NCBI RefSeq assembly: GCF_002113885.1 | Contig: NW_018408880.1 | Coordinates: 1,666,966 to 1,730,965, forward strand | Source of the DNA: Mizuhopecten yessoensis | Lineage: Eukaryota | Direction of reading: 5' to 3' | DNA length: 64,000 nucleotides | Shown here: positions 24,289-36,700 of the stretch, in pieces | How positions within the stretch are numbered: position 1 is the stretch's first letter | Layout of the letters: the number at the start of each line of letters is the position of its first letter | Made by a program: the position numbers and the translations under genes | The notes under the pieces: model-generated | The model's input: only the letters and a program-made list of their open reading frames with translations | Database searches by the model: none | What the model was told of the DNA's origin: nothing

Positions 24289-27200
24289 CTGAAATGTTCA
24301 ATTGATGGATTGATGAGATTTAAACGTCCATCAACACAAAAAGGTGTTCTAAACAAAAGAACGATTCAAAAAGATCAATAGTAAATGAAAGGTAGATTAA
24401 GGAAACATGGTATGGAGGTGTTCAAGAGCAAAAATGTAGAAAAAGCTAGAAAACATCTGTCGGACATAAATGCCACCTTGGACCTGGGATTGACCTATAA
24501 ATAGCAACAGTGACCTTGGCATTGACCTTTGGACCACAAAATACAAACATTTGACCATATCTGAGAAAATGACAAATGCTTATTTGTATTAAAAAGTAGG
24601 ACTGACTGATACTTATTGACCCATCATTACAAAAAAGCTGGTATTCAGAACAATCAAAAGTTACATATCAAACCAAAACTCTAGAAAAAGATAAAAAGTG
24701 CCATGAAAATAATTTGTACTTCATCAAGCATCAAAACAAACAGGTCATACTAGCAAACAGAATAGGACCAAGATTATATTCTTTATGCATTTAACCAAAA
24801 ATATACAATTTTCCCTTTGCACATTGCATTGTAAAGGAAATAGATTCTGTGTTTGATAAACACTCTTTTCATCCATTGGTCAATGCAATGCAATCTATGC
24901 TGTACACAAAAAACCTTTTGATTTGAAATTGATAAGAAATAAAGAGATAAGATTTCCTTATGTATCCTTTTATTATGTACTAATTCTCACCTGATAAAAT
25001 GGAACACGATGGCATCTACCACTCGGTACGGTAAGGCGTACTTCTTATCCAGGAGGGTACGCAGAAATATACTGTTTGCTCCGTTGTAGTCCATCTCGGC
25101 TATTTTCAAGATGGCTGCAGCAGAGTGCAACATGGGTATGGAGTTCTTGGACAAAATACTTGATACGATCACTGCTTCTCGTAGGGTGCAATCACCAGCC
25201 TAAATTAACACAAACTGAGTCACTAAATAATTCACATCATAATGACAGCATGGTTTGACAGATTGGACAATATTCGGTATTTTATTTCTTTAATTTACTT
25301 GAAACAAATCTTGATGCTTTTTTTGCTCGACACTCTGCTATCTCGAGGTGTACTTACGTACCAAATCTGGTTACTCCATGTAAAATAATGTAGAAGATAT
25401 GCCCCGGACAAACTCTTTGGATTGACAGAATTTGGACGGCCAGGTGAAGTGCAAACCTATAGTTCCCCACCCCAGACTGGGAACCAGTGAGGGAATTATA
25501 ATCATGAAGAAACAAGAATAATTCCAGTAATTACAAAGAAAAACATGTTGTAGTAGATTTCCAGAGAGCTATCTGTCTCGGACCGCTGACCACGCTGACC
25601 ACGCTGACACGAGGTCTTGTACAGGTGTAGGATAACATCACTGTGAAGTTTCTGCTTCTTTGATCCCAACTCCTGCACAGACAGCATGTGAGCTATCGTT
25701 GTCATTTTGTTAGGTTTAGGGGATTAAAGCTGGTCTTAGATCCCATGTAGTAAAGATGTGAGACACCCCACCCTACCATATTATCAAAGTGACTAATGTC
25801 TTTGGGCAAAAAACTTACCTCACACAAAGGTAGCAGGATTCCTTTGAAAAAAGCAGCTGGCTTGAAAAGTGATTTTTTCACAGCCTGAAATAGAACCACC
25901 AATTTGTGTTGCTATATTAGTGATATCTATAACATTCAATTAGGAATATATATAACAGCCAAATCACTCAAATTCTTTACTAACTCTAAGCTTTGCAGCT
26001 ATCAGTATAGATTTGTACAGTTGTATACAGTCGGTTTACAAACTAGCTTTTTGAAAGATTATGTTATCTTACCATATATAAATGAAAATTCAATCTTTTG
26101 TATTCTGCAATGTCATCACGTATTCTTGGGTATAAAACAAGGTTGAAAAATCTGCAATACAAGATGTAGAAATTCATACAAATACAATATATATAATGCA
26201 TTTCCTTCAAAACAAATATTCAGATTTCAAGAATGCAATATCTATCCCAAAAGTATCATAATCAACTACCGTAACACAATTACATGCAAATTTGATGTTA
26301 CAAACACTTTTGTATAAAATAACAATGTGATGTCTTTGCAATGTAGATATACTGTGTAACCTGTGGGAATCTGAAGACAACCAGAGGATGTATGGAAATC
26401 GCTTCGGAAACTTATAATTTTTGTCTCTTTTCTTTAATTTAATATCTAACAATTGTCAGCTTTTATTTTGGGCTCATATAATAAATAGTGCTGCATTGTA
26501 CAGCCATTGAACCAAAATAGTTGACATGTGACATTGTAAAAGGCTTAGTGCTTAAACTGATACTTGCTGTACATTTAAATGTGAATTTTTTATCATTTGG
26601 ACTGTTCAGATTATTTTAGCGTGGTTGGGTTATCTTGTATAAACCATACTAAAGACGTGCGTGAAAGCAACAATAATGCCATCCTTGATACACCAGGGTC
26701 ATGAAATCATTCTCCTGCTCAAGCATGGATTTTGTGCTCAAGCCTAATTTCTTTTTCCGTTTATAAATTGATAATAAAATCTTATTTTGTCAACAAATTG
26801 GGGGGAAAATTAAGAGACTTCCAGCGAAATACTGTTTTCAATGTTTACATTTTACTTTTTGATGGTTTGACATGATTTAAGTGAGTCACAAGAAATTTGG
26901 TTTGAGCACAAAATCCATGCTTGAACATGAGAACAGTTTCATGAATACGGGCCCAGGGGTTACAGTCACTTACGCTCTCTGCACATACTCCTGGAAATGT
27001 CTATCAAAAAAGGAAACGCTCAGTGTGCACCACATCGTGGATAAGATAAGAAGACCAGTTTGATTCTTATCAAACAAATGCCTTGGTAGCGTAACAGTGA
27101 AATTGACTGACTTTGACTGGGTCGTGTGTCACTCTTCTGTAATCTTCAAAGGAGAGGTATCAGCCTAGTGATTGGTCATGTTGTTTTTTACCTGAGACCA

Positions 27201-30200
27201 ATCAAATGTCTATCTTTGTGCCTCCAATTTTTCTATGACATATTCCAGGGGTGGAGAGATTGTCAGTGAGCGTAACCCCTGGAGTATCGAGGATGTGATA
27301 ATGCTACTAATGATGATATGTGCCGGTACTAACAAAATGGATGATAATATGAAATTGCCAGCATTTACCATGTACAATGACACTTACCTCTGAGCCATCT
27401 TAGCGTTTAGGTTGGACACAAATATTCGAGTGGCTTGGTACATTGCTGCCGCAGACCAGCTGTCTGGTTCCGTAAGGTATAAAATCTGGCAAAGGTCAAA
27501 TCAAAAATGAAATTTATCAGACACATTCCCATATCCCAGTTTTTTGCTTTAATGAAATAATACTGTTCTCTAAATTAAAATTTTTAGCATTCAAAACAAA
27601 ATTTTGAAACTGGGTTATTATTTGATTAAGAGCCATTTTAAGAGCTTGTAAGTGAAAATCTGTCTCATTGATATGGAAATGAATGAGTAACAGAAATTTA
27701 GTGGGAGTCTTTTTCCTGGTGTCCTCCAAACATTTTGTGGATAATGATTGACAAAGCCTACCTGTTCCCAATTACGAAGGTTAGGGACAATCTTGAAGGC
27801 CTTGGGGAGCTTTCCACTCCTGTAGCGCTGTAACACTTGTTTTATACTCTTGTACATGGTTACAACGCGCTCATCAAGCTCCTGCATCTGTACACTGGCA
27901 TTGTCTGTAAACGAAGAAATCTGTTGACTAGAACTCTATTTCTTCCACCTCTGCACATGAATGATACACCTATCCCATGTAAACAAAGATATCTGTAGAC
28001 TGGTACTGCTTGTAAACCAACTATATCTCAATTTATCTATTTACCAAGATTGATGATCCTACATGAAAAGTAAGGGCTACTCCTTTTAAATATATATATA
28101 TATCGAAAAAAAAGGAAATTTACGTAAAAATCGTTTTTATGTTCCAGGTAATGAGTTGCAAAAAGAAAATCATTTATATCTAAAGTAAAATGCAGCACCA
28201 TAAGTGTACAGCTTTGTTTTATGTCCAACCATCGACACTCTTGACATATACATGTATAACCCAAGCTGTTGAATGGTCTCACCATCAATCGACTCTGATT
28301 GTTCAACCTTAGGTGTTGAGCTGCCCGATCATTAGGGGACACCACTCTAGAACGACCTAAGTTCCTTTACAGCATGCTCATCAATGGACTGTGATCACAT
28401 TGCCTACAATGTTGATTGGCCAACCATCAATGGACACGGTCATTGTATGACCTCTGCTATTGGCCTGATCATCAGTGGACATTGTCGTCATATGACCTTA
28501 GCTGTTTACCAGTAGATGCGTCAATAGTAGTCGTAGACTAATGTTATGACGTCGACAACGGCGAGATAAGTAACAGCAGACACAGTCGTCATTATAGGGC
28601 AAACAGATCAATATTTGATTATAATCGATCATCAGCCTATCACCAATTGTCATAAGACCTCTACTGTTATGAAGACGGTAAATCTCAAACAAACAAGTAA
28701 ACACGTTCCACATCTCTCCGTTACCAGTGTTACGTACCTGACATTTGTGTGCGTATCTCTGTCTGTTTCTCTGTGATCTTCTCCTGTATGATGTCGGCCA
28801 GAGTGCGTCGTACCTGCGGCTCCTTAGACATGAACATCTGGAGAGCTGTCTCATCCCCCTCATCAACCTCCTGTCAGATAGACAACATGGTAATTACAGT
28901 CTTAAGGATCCCTGTCCCACTGCATGTAAACACTAGAGTTCCACTGAAGTTTCATACACATAGTGACCTCCCCTTTACTTCATTTTAGATGTAACTATAA
29001 GGTGTCTGTGCCAGGGACTACAGTTGTACAAGAAGCTAAGTTGTTTAGAGAAATCAGATTTTCATCAGGGTCAGGGTTTGAATTTGGATTTTTCATCTTT
29101 ATTTCAGTAATTATATATAATCATTACTTTTTTTTATAAATGTTTCCAAAAGTAACAACTGGGGGGTGGAGACCCCTAATTTCTATTTTCAAATGTTCCA
29201 AAAGGTTAGAGTTTCGTTTTAGAACTGTTTTAGGTACTGGGATACTTATAAGGTTTTCAGGAATACTATTAGTCATGTTCTGTAAAGTGCCTTATATTAG
29301 AGTAATCTTGCAAAATGTATAGGGTACTATACAAATGTTGTATATTATTATTATTATAAATGTTCTTTAATCCGCTCCAGCTTAAATACATTTGTCTTAA
29401 AGCTTTCTAATATAAACATTTTGGCCTTCAAACATTGTTCTTTATCAAAACATGAATGTCCAGTGCAATAAACTCAGTATTTTTGGGGCCTTACACACTA
29501 GTGAGTCATACCTAAATCTTCATCAAGAAAAGCAAAATAACTGCTGGGTTTAAATTTTACTTTCATTCCAGACAGTGAAAACAAAACTTTTAGGAAATAT
29601 TAAAGATATACAGTATATTGTGGACTGTACAATTGGAGCTCCAACCTGTGGTTTGATGTTTTGCTTTCCTGACCCAAACTTACAATTGTTTCATAGCATT
29701 CGTCTGTATCCGAAGTTTCCTCCACCTCCTCGTCCTCATCATCAGACCCATGCTGTAAGGATCTCCCCCTAGAAGCCCCGCCCACTGCTCCTGAACCGCC
29801 TAGGGAAACGGTCTTTTTTTCTGTTGGTTTTCTGAGAACACAAATATTCATATAAACATTTAAGAAGTCTATAATTGATCTAGAATAAACTGGAGCGTAA
29901 CAATCTGCTAATCTAAGACCTTATGAATGGTGCCAGATATTTTGTAAAAGTAAAATATTTATAACTATAATGGTCAAAATAGAAGGAATATTGTTTGAGG
30001 AAAAATGTGACTAAATAAAGTAATTTGTATCATAAATTACACACAGTAAATATTTAATGGTATCATTAAGTAAATCTAGTAACCTATTAAAACATCTTTA
30101 TAAGGCTAATACACAGACAAAGTAGTTATACTATGTGTGTAAATTGTCAATGCATACCAGTAAAGCTGGGTACACGTTAACACTAATATTTACTTTTTCA

Positions 30201-33200
30201 ATCCATGTTCATCTTCCAATTCTTCTTGCTGTTTACGAGCTTGCTGTAGAATTTTCCGGGATAATTTGTTATCAACAAACTGAAAAAAATAAAAATAATG
30301 CAAGTCAACAACAGAACAAGATAAATATATAGACTTGCCAATGTAAGAGATTCTTAAATATAACAGATGAGAAGACGCATTTTTACCCAAGATATTTAAG
30401 GTCATAGGAGTGTATTGCTAAATGGAAATAGGAAGTACATCCCAAGTTGAAAATCAAATGTAGGGAGACATTATCACAATTGCCACATATATTCTAATGT
30501 TTAATATTAAATTGATGAATATTGTATGCTTATTATTGACAGAACAGTGTGTTCTTTCAATATTAAAGTATTGCAAAGCAATCCAGGCATTAATTCAGTT
30601 GTTTTTTAATCAATGAGTCATATGTGTCCATTTTTCTGTACTTCAGGAAACCGGCTACCTATTTCACTACTGTGAAGTTTTATTATTAAATGTCAATTTT
30701 TAATCGTTTATAGATAATTAATTTTACACAATTTCAGTATTTATGAAATTGATATACGTTAATGCAATACTAATCTATGTGAGTATCATAATTTTATTGA
30801 CATTATTTTGCAAAAAAATTGTGGTTTTTTTTTTCAAAATTCACTCCTTTTTACATAAAATTCCATTTAAAATCCTTAAATTCTGACAACCTATATTTTT
30901 TGGTGGGAGAAATTTTTCTTTACTTCAAAGCAATATAGCTACAAATTTTGAATAAATTCTACTGAGAAATGACGACACAATCCTAATACCTTAAGGATAA
31001 TTACTGTAACTGACAAATATTTTAAATGTATCTGAAGTGATGGGATCTTGACAATAATATTAGGTAAAACTACAGTAACTATGATACTAGGCCTGCAGGT
31101 ATCACAAGCAAAACTCAATTTGTTTCTTCATTATTGATTCTATCAATGCAATTATTTTTTTACTCCCATCAGATACCCCTCCCCAATAGCAACCACATCT
31201 TGTCCCTAAACTGAAAAATTCTGTTATATTTTTTTCACTCTCAACGACATGTATATCATTATGAATTGATACAAGTTAGAGAAATACCTGTAATTTCTCT
31301 GGATAAGCTTGCGAGTCTCTTGGTTTCGACTTTCAAAACAGTTATCTTCCTTTTTGAATTGAGATCTCCCAATAGTGATCAGTCTTAACTAATTTCACTG
31401 GTGTCTAATTTGTGGAGCACTAGCCTACAAACTAGATTTTGGAAAAATTCTAAAAGCCCAACGTTATTTTCGTAGCAAATATTAAAATTTTCTTAAAATC
31501 TATTAATCAACAAAAAAAGGTGTTCAGAAAATCTTCCAAAGAAAACTAACAATTGAAAACCGTGAAAATAAGGGCAGATAAGGATCAACTTAAAATTAAT
31601 TAATTTATCAATATATATGAAAAACATGTTGTGTCATAGTAGATTTCCAGCACACACGCAGGCATACACACATAGGGAGATATTAGCCAGGTGGCATAGG
31701 ACTAGTAGTTAGAGCCTGATAAGGCAGCTCCTGCGAATTCCTCAAAAAATTGTATATTCTAATTGTATGTCTACTGTAAAGCTCTTTATGTTAGCTAGAT
31801 AGGGCGCTATATCAAATGTTGTATATTTTTATATTATTATTTTGGTTGTCTGCACCTCAAAACTTTCCAATACCAAACGGTATCAGAGAATTCCACATTT
31901 TCATATGGTAGTGCGCTCATGCCCCACACTAGATATTTGTCTGTTGTAACTGGAGAAAAGAATAATGTAACTGACAGAGCGGAGTTTGATCCTGGGACCC
32001 TCCAAACACTAGAGGGATGCTCTACCAATTGAGCTACCTACGTCCTACGATCGACCCAGTCCAGTTCCCCTACATTCCTCCCTCCTGTTTCTAAATCTTC
32101 GCCCCTGAAGACACAACTATTTACAACACAAGTTTAGGTACCCCCTTGCTTAAGGTATACTCCTAAGTTTTGAAACAAGGGTGGGCAAGCTCACCAATTT
32201 TGTAAAGGGACAAAGAGAAAATGAAACGGCCAGATCAGGGTTCCAATCTAGGACCCTCTGAACTTGACAGACGCTCTACCAATTGAGCAACCTGGTCGCC
32301 GACGATCAACCAAGTCCAGTTCCGTTACACTGTCAAAATTTCTAAGTCTAGCTGCTGGTGTCAGGACCAGAGGAAACTTGGGCTATACACAACTAAACAG
32401 GACTAATTAGTCCAAAACATATTTTAAGGGTTCTACCATATAGTGACCACCTTCAACAAATTGAAGATTTTGTCACAAAGTTGGGTTTATGCAGCACAAA
32501 TGACAGACTATATATATTACATAATAATTAATCACTTAGTTAAAGTTAAGAGAAGGAAAATTTATTTCGAGGAGAGTACGAGAGAGAGTTCCGAGCAAGC
32601 CAGTGATTGGGCAGCCCTCACCGACAAAGCTTGTTCGCAAAAGGGGGAAAAGAAGTCTGTTGAACTTGAAGTACATGTAACTAATTACTCTGCATCTTCA
32701 ATTTTATAGGTGAAACAACTTAGTGCGAAACGACCCAGCGCGAACAGAATATTGTGTGAAACGACCTGACACCTATGCGACCAGGTAGCTCTATTGGTAA
32801 GAGTGCCCCTCTTAAGCTTAATTTACAGTCAGAATTTCAAACACCTTTGGTCGGGAGTCCTGGTCTGCTAGTTGAATTGTTCTTTTTCTGTGATTTAACT
32901 CTCCATCCCCTTTTTCGAAACTGGAAAAATCTAATTTTTAAATGGAATAGATGCATAATTGTTGTATATTCATATGATCCAGACTCTTGTGTGGGAGAAA
33001 TGATCACATTAAATCACACATTGCGCCCCCCCCCCCATAAGGAAATGTCAATCGATTCACACCTCATCGTCGTCTTCTTTCCTTGTTCGAACTTTCACTC
33101 GACCAGCCTGTCTGATGGATTTATCTTCTAATATTTGGTCAGCAAGTGATTGGCCTCTATCTCCATCCCCTGTGGCCTTAGACACACGAATTTTCTTCGC

Positions 33201-33209
33201 CTTTCCCAT
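24033..33209 (-). CDS. BYSL: Bystin (Enp1 homolog, 40S biogenesis), 10 coding exons, 454 aa
   Basis: join(33209-33063, 30279-30194, 29831-29684, 28870-28738, 27904-27762, 27485-27388, 26151-26073, 25884-25819, 25199-24991, 24288-24033). All introns are GT-AG and phases are consistent. Motifs [59 protein letters not shown]. Confidence 0.96.
24991..25199 (-). CDS. BYSL: Bystin exon 9
   Basis: [12 protein letters not shown]...[18 protein letters not shown]|gtgaga. Confidence 0.92.
25819..25884 (-). CDS. BYSL: Bystin exon 8
   Basis: [22 protein letters not shown]|gtaagt. Confidence 0.92.
26073..26151 (-). CDS. BYSL: Bystin exon 7
   Basis: [26 protein letters not shown]|gtaaga. Confidence 0.92.
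26697..26953. mobile_element. PIF/Harbinger-type MITE in bystin intron 6
   Basis: Inverted arms tcaagcatggattttgtgctcaa / ttgagcacaaaatccatgcttga, flanked by CAG on both sides. Confidence 0.75.
27388..27485 (-). CDS. BYSL: Bystin exon 6
   Basis: [32 protein letters not shown]|gtaagt. Confidence 0.92.
27762..27904 (-). CDS. BYSL: Bystin exon 5
   Basis: ...[21 protein letters not shown]|gtaggc. Confidence 0.92.
28738..28870 (-). CDS. BYSL: Bystin exon 4
   Basis: [14 protein letters not shown]...[19 protein letters not shown], donor gtacgt. Confidence 0.9.
29684..29831 (-). CDS. BYSL: Bystin exon 3
   Basis: [11 protein letters not shown]...acidic tract...CYETI|gtaagt. Confidence 0.85.
30194..30279 (-). 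CDS. BYSL: Bystin exon 2
   Basis: ttttcag|[28 protein letters not shown]|gtaaat. Confidence 0.9.
31945..32329 (-). mobile_element. Miniature LTR retrotransposon with tRNA-like LTRs and a 4-bp TSD
   Basis: CTGT TSD at 31941-31944 and 32330-32333. LTRs 32201-32329 and 31945-32074 both run TG...CA. PBS-like TGGTGAGC follows the 5' LTR and PPT aggagggaggaa precedes the 3' LTR. A/B-box-like sequence is in each LTR. Confidence 0.85.
33063..33209 (-). CDS. BYSL: Bystin exon 1
   Basis: MGKAKK...KEDDDE, donor gtgtga. Confidence 0.85.
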
Positions 33210-33554
33210 TACATTTATAAATGCACGTGTTACGTTGAGTACCAAAACACTGAAGAGTTCCAATTCAAGGGGAGCGCTCATTTATGGTATTTTATAACAA
33301 TTATTTCATTGTACAATTAATTTTGTTAAGTTTCCATTTTCGAACTGTATTTTATCAAAATATTTTGATATCATATTTTTCGAGCTTAAATAACAAATGA
33401 TGAATTATTTGGCCTACAATGTATCACATTCAATGCTATTTTGGAACTCTTTTGCACTGAAGGCAAAAAAGCACACACCCCTGCTTGTGGGAGTTGAGGA
33501 AGGACTGTGTACTTTGTTATGGTCAAAAGACCATTGTTTTCTGCAAAATAAGAT
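33210..33554. promoter_or_regulatory. Probable bidirectional promoter/5' UTR region shared by bystin and the SDR gene
   Basis: The two divergent ATGs are separated by only 345 bp. Confidence 0.6.
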
Positions 33555-33776
33555 ATGGCATCCAAAGACAAGCTAATGCTGCTTTTAAAATTACCATTTT
33601 ACATGATATATTTTTACCTGGAAGCATTTGTGCGATCAGTTTTCCTCCGGCCATCACCCAAAGATGTGAAAGGAGACGTTGTATTAGTGACGGGGGCGGG
33701 GCATGGCATAGGAAGAGAAATTGCCCTTGAGTTTGGTCGGCTGGGCGCTAGAGTAGTGCTGTGGGATATTAACAAG
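33555..33776 (+). CDS. SDR exon 1
   Basis: MASKDK...[15 protein letters not shown]...WDINK|gtaatg. Confidence 0.9.
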
Positions 33777-36700
33777 GTAATGTTCAACTTAAATACATTA
33801 GATGTTTTGAATTTTTGTAATTTAATGAATTGCTGACAATAACACAGCAAAAATGTTTGTATATTTCAATTGGGCCAATACGAGCTTTAACTGTCTGACT
33901 GTTTAAGCTCATTTCCATTTCATGCCATCCGGATCAAGGTAATTAATATATGGTGACACAGCATGTACAAAGGTGTTTGAAATTCTGACTGTAAATTAAG
34001 ATATATCATGTCATAAAAACTAAGGTGATTACTATAAAAAAGTAGTAATACCCTTGGTTTTTATATGACATATTTCTCAATACTGTTTATAATAATAATA
34101 CTGTTACGAGATAATTTGTTACTAGTGTAAAAGATTTGGATTAATTAGATTGCCTTACAAGCGTCAGCTGTAGGAAATTTCCCTTAAGCTCAGTGGTAGA
34201 GCATCGGGCTGGAGAGCCAATGGTTGCGGGTTCGAGCCCAAGTGACGGCACTTTCTTTATCACTATTCCTTGTCCTACTACACTTACTTAATTTTATCTT
34301 ATTTCCTGCACAGGTTCCTCTCAGGATCCTCTTCGCTGGACTCTGTAGTGTTATAATGTTCACTTCCAGTTGTTACACGTATTGTCCCTTTGTACATGTC
34401 CATCTGTAGTTGTTGTTTTTTTACTTCCTGTCCATTTCAGAAATTGTCAAGTGTGTTCTTGAAGCTATTTAATGAGTTGGCATTTACAAAGTGGGCTGGC
34501 AAATTGTTCCATACTGCTGTCATTCTTATGGAATTTTCTGTATCGATGTTCTTGTACATAAGGAATATCTTCATGAAGATTGTCCTAGTGTTTGATCTTT
34601 CTGAGGTGTCAGACCACATCCTTATCCTCGCACTGCTTTATACATGTGTCTCCTCGCACTGCCTTATACGTGCATCTCTATTGTGTCTCCTCGCACTGTC
34701 TAAGCCCTTATACATGTATCTCTATTGTGTCTCCTCACACTGCCTCATACATGTATCTCTATTGTGTCTCAATCCTCGCACTGTCTTATACATGTATCTC
34801 TATTGTGTCTCCTCGCACTGCCTCATACATGTATCTCTATTGTGTCTCAATCCTCGCACTGTCTTATACATGTATCTCTATTGTGTCTCCTTGTCTGCCT
34901 TATTCATATATCTCTATTGTGTCTCCTCACACTGCCTCATACATGTATCTCCTTTGTGTCTCCTCACACTGCCTCATTCATGTATCTCTATTGTGTTCTC
35001 GCACTGACTTATACATGTATCTCTATTGTGTTCTAGCACTGCCTTATACATGTATCTCTATTGTGTCTCCTCACACTTCCTTATACATGTATCTCTATTG
35101 TGTCTCCTCGCACTGTCTTATACATGTGTCTCTATTGTGTCTCATCTCACTGCCTTATACATGTGTCTCTATTGTGTCTCCACACACTGCCTCATACATG
35201 TATCTCTATCGTGTCTCAATCCTCTCACTGCCTTATACATGTATCTCTATTGTGTCTCCACACACGTCCTTATACATGTATCTTTATTGTGTTCTCGCAC
35301 TGCCTTATACATGTATCTCTAATGTGTCTCATCTCACTGCCTTATACATGTGTCTCTATTGTGTCTCTTCGCACTGTCTTATACATGTGGCTCTATTGTG
35401 TCTGATCTCACTGCCTTATACATTTATCTCTATTGTGTCCCCTCGCACTGTCTTATACATGTTTCTCTATTGTGTCTCTTCGCACTGTCTTATACATGTG
35501 TCTATATTGTGTCTCCTCGCACAGTCTTATACATGTATCTTTATTGTGTCTCCTCGCACAGTCTTATACATGTATCTCCAGTGTCTGATCTCACTGCCTT
35601 ATTCATGTGTCTCTATTGTGTCCCCTCGCACTGTCTTATACATGTATCTCCAGTGTCTGATCTCACTGCCTTATACATTTATCTCTATTGTGTCTAATCT
35701 CACTACCTTATACATTTATCTCTATTGTGTCTCATCTGACTGCCTTATACATGGATCTCTATTGTGTTTCCTCGCACTTCCTCATACATGTATCCCTATT
35801 GTGTCTCCTCACACTACCTTATACATGTATCCGCACTGCCATAAACATGTATCTCTATTGTGTCTCCTCGCACTGTCTTATACATGTGTCTCTATTGTGT
35901 CTGATCTCACTGCCTTATACATGTGTCTCTATTGTGTCTCCTCACACTGTCTGATACATGTATCTCTACTGTGTCTCCTCGCACTGCCTTATACATGTAT
36001 CTCTATTGTGTCTCCTCGCACTGCCATAAACATGTATCTCTATTGTGTCTCCTCGCACTGCCTTATACATGTGTCTCTATAGTGTCTCCTCACACTGCCT
36101 TATACATGTATCTCTATTGTGTCTCCTCGCACTGCCTTATACATGTGTCTCTATTGTGTCTCCACACACTGCCTTATACATGTATCTCTATTGTGTCTCC
36201 TTGCACTTCCTTATACATGTATCTCTATTGTGTATCCTGGCACTGCCTTATACATGTATCTCTATTGTGTCTCCACACACTGCCTTGTACATGTATCTCT
36301 ATTGTGTCTCCTTGCACTTCCTGATACATGTATCTCTATTGTGTCTCCTCGCACTGCCTTATACATGTATCTCTATTGTGTCTCCTCACACTGCCTTATA
36401 CATGTATCTCTATTGTGTCTCTGCACACTGCCTTATACGTGTGTCTCTATTGTGTCTCCTCACACTGCCTTATACATGTATCTCTATTCCTTATACATGT
36501 ATCTCTATTGTGTCTCATCACACTGCATTATGCATGTATCTCTATAGTGTCTCCTCACACTGCCTTATACATGTATCTCTTTAGTGTCTCCACACACTGC
36601 CTCATACAGTATCTCTGCCTTATACATGTATCTCTATTGTGTCTCTGCACACTGCCTTATACGTGTGTCTCTATTGTGCCTCCTCACACTGCCTTATACA

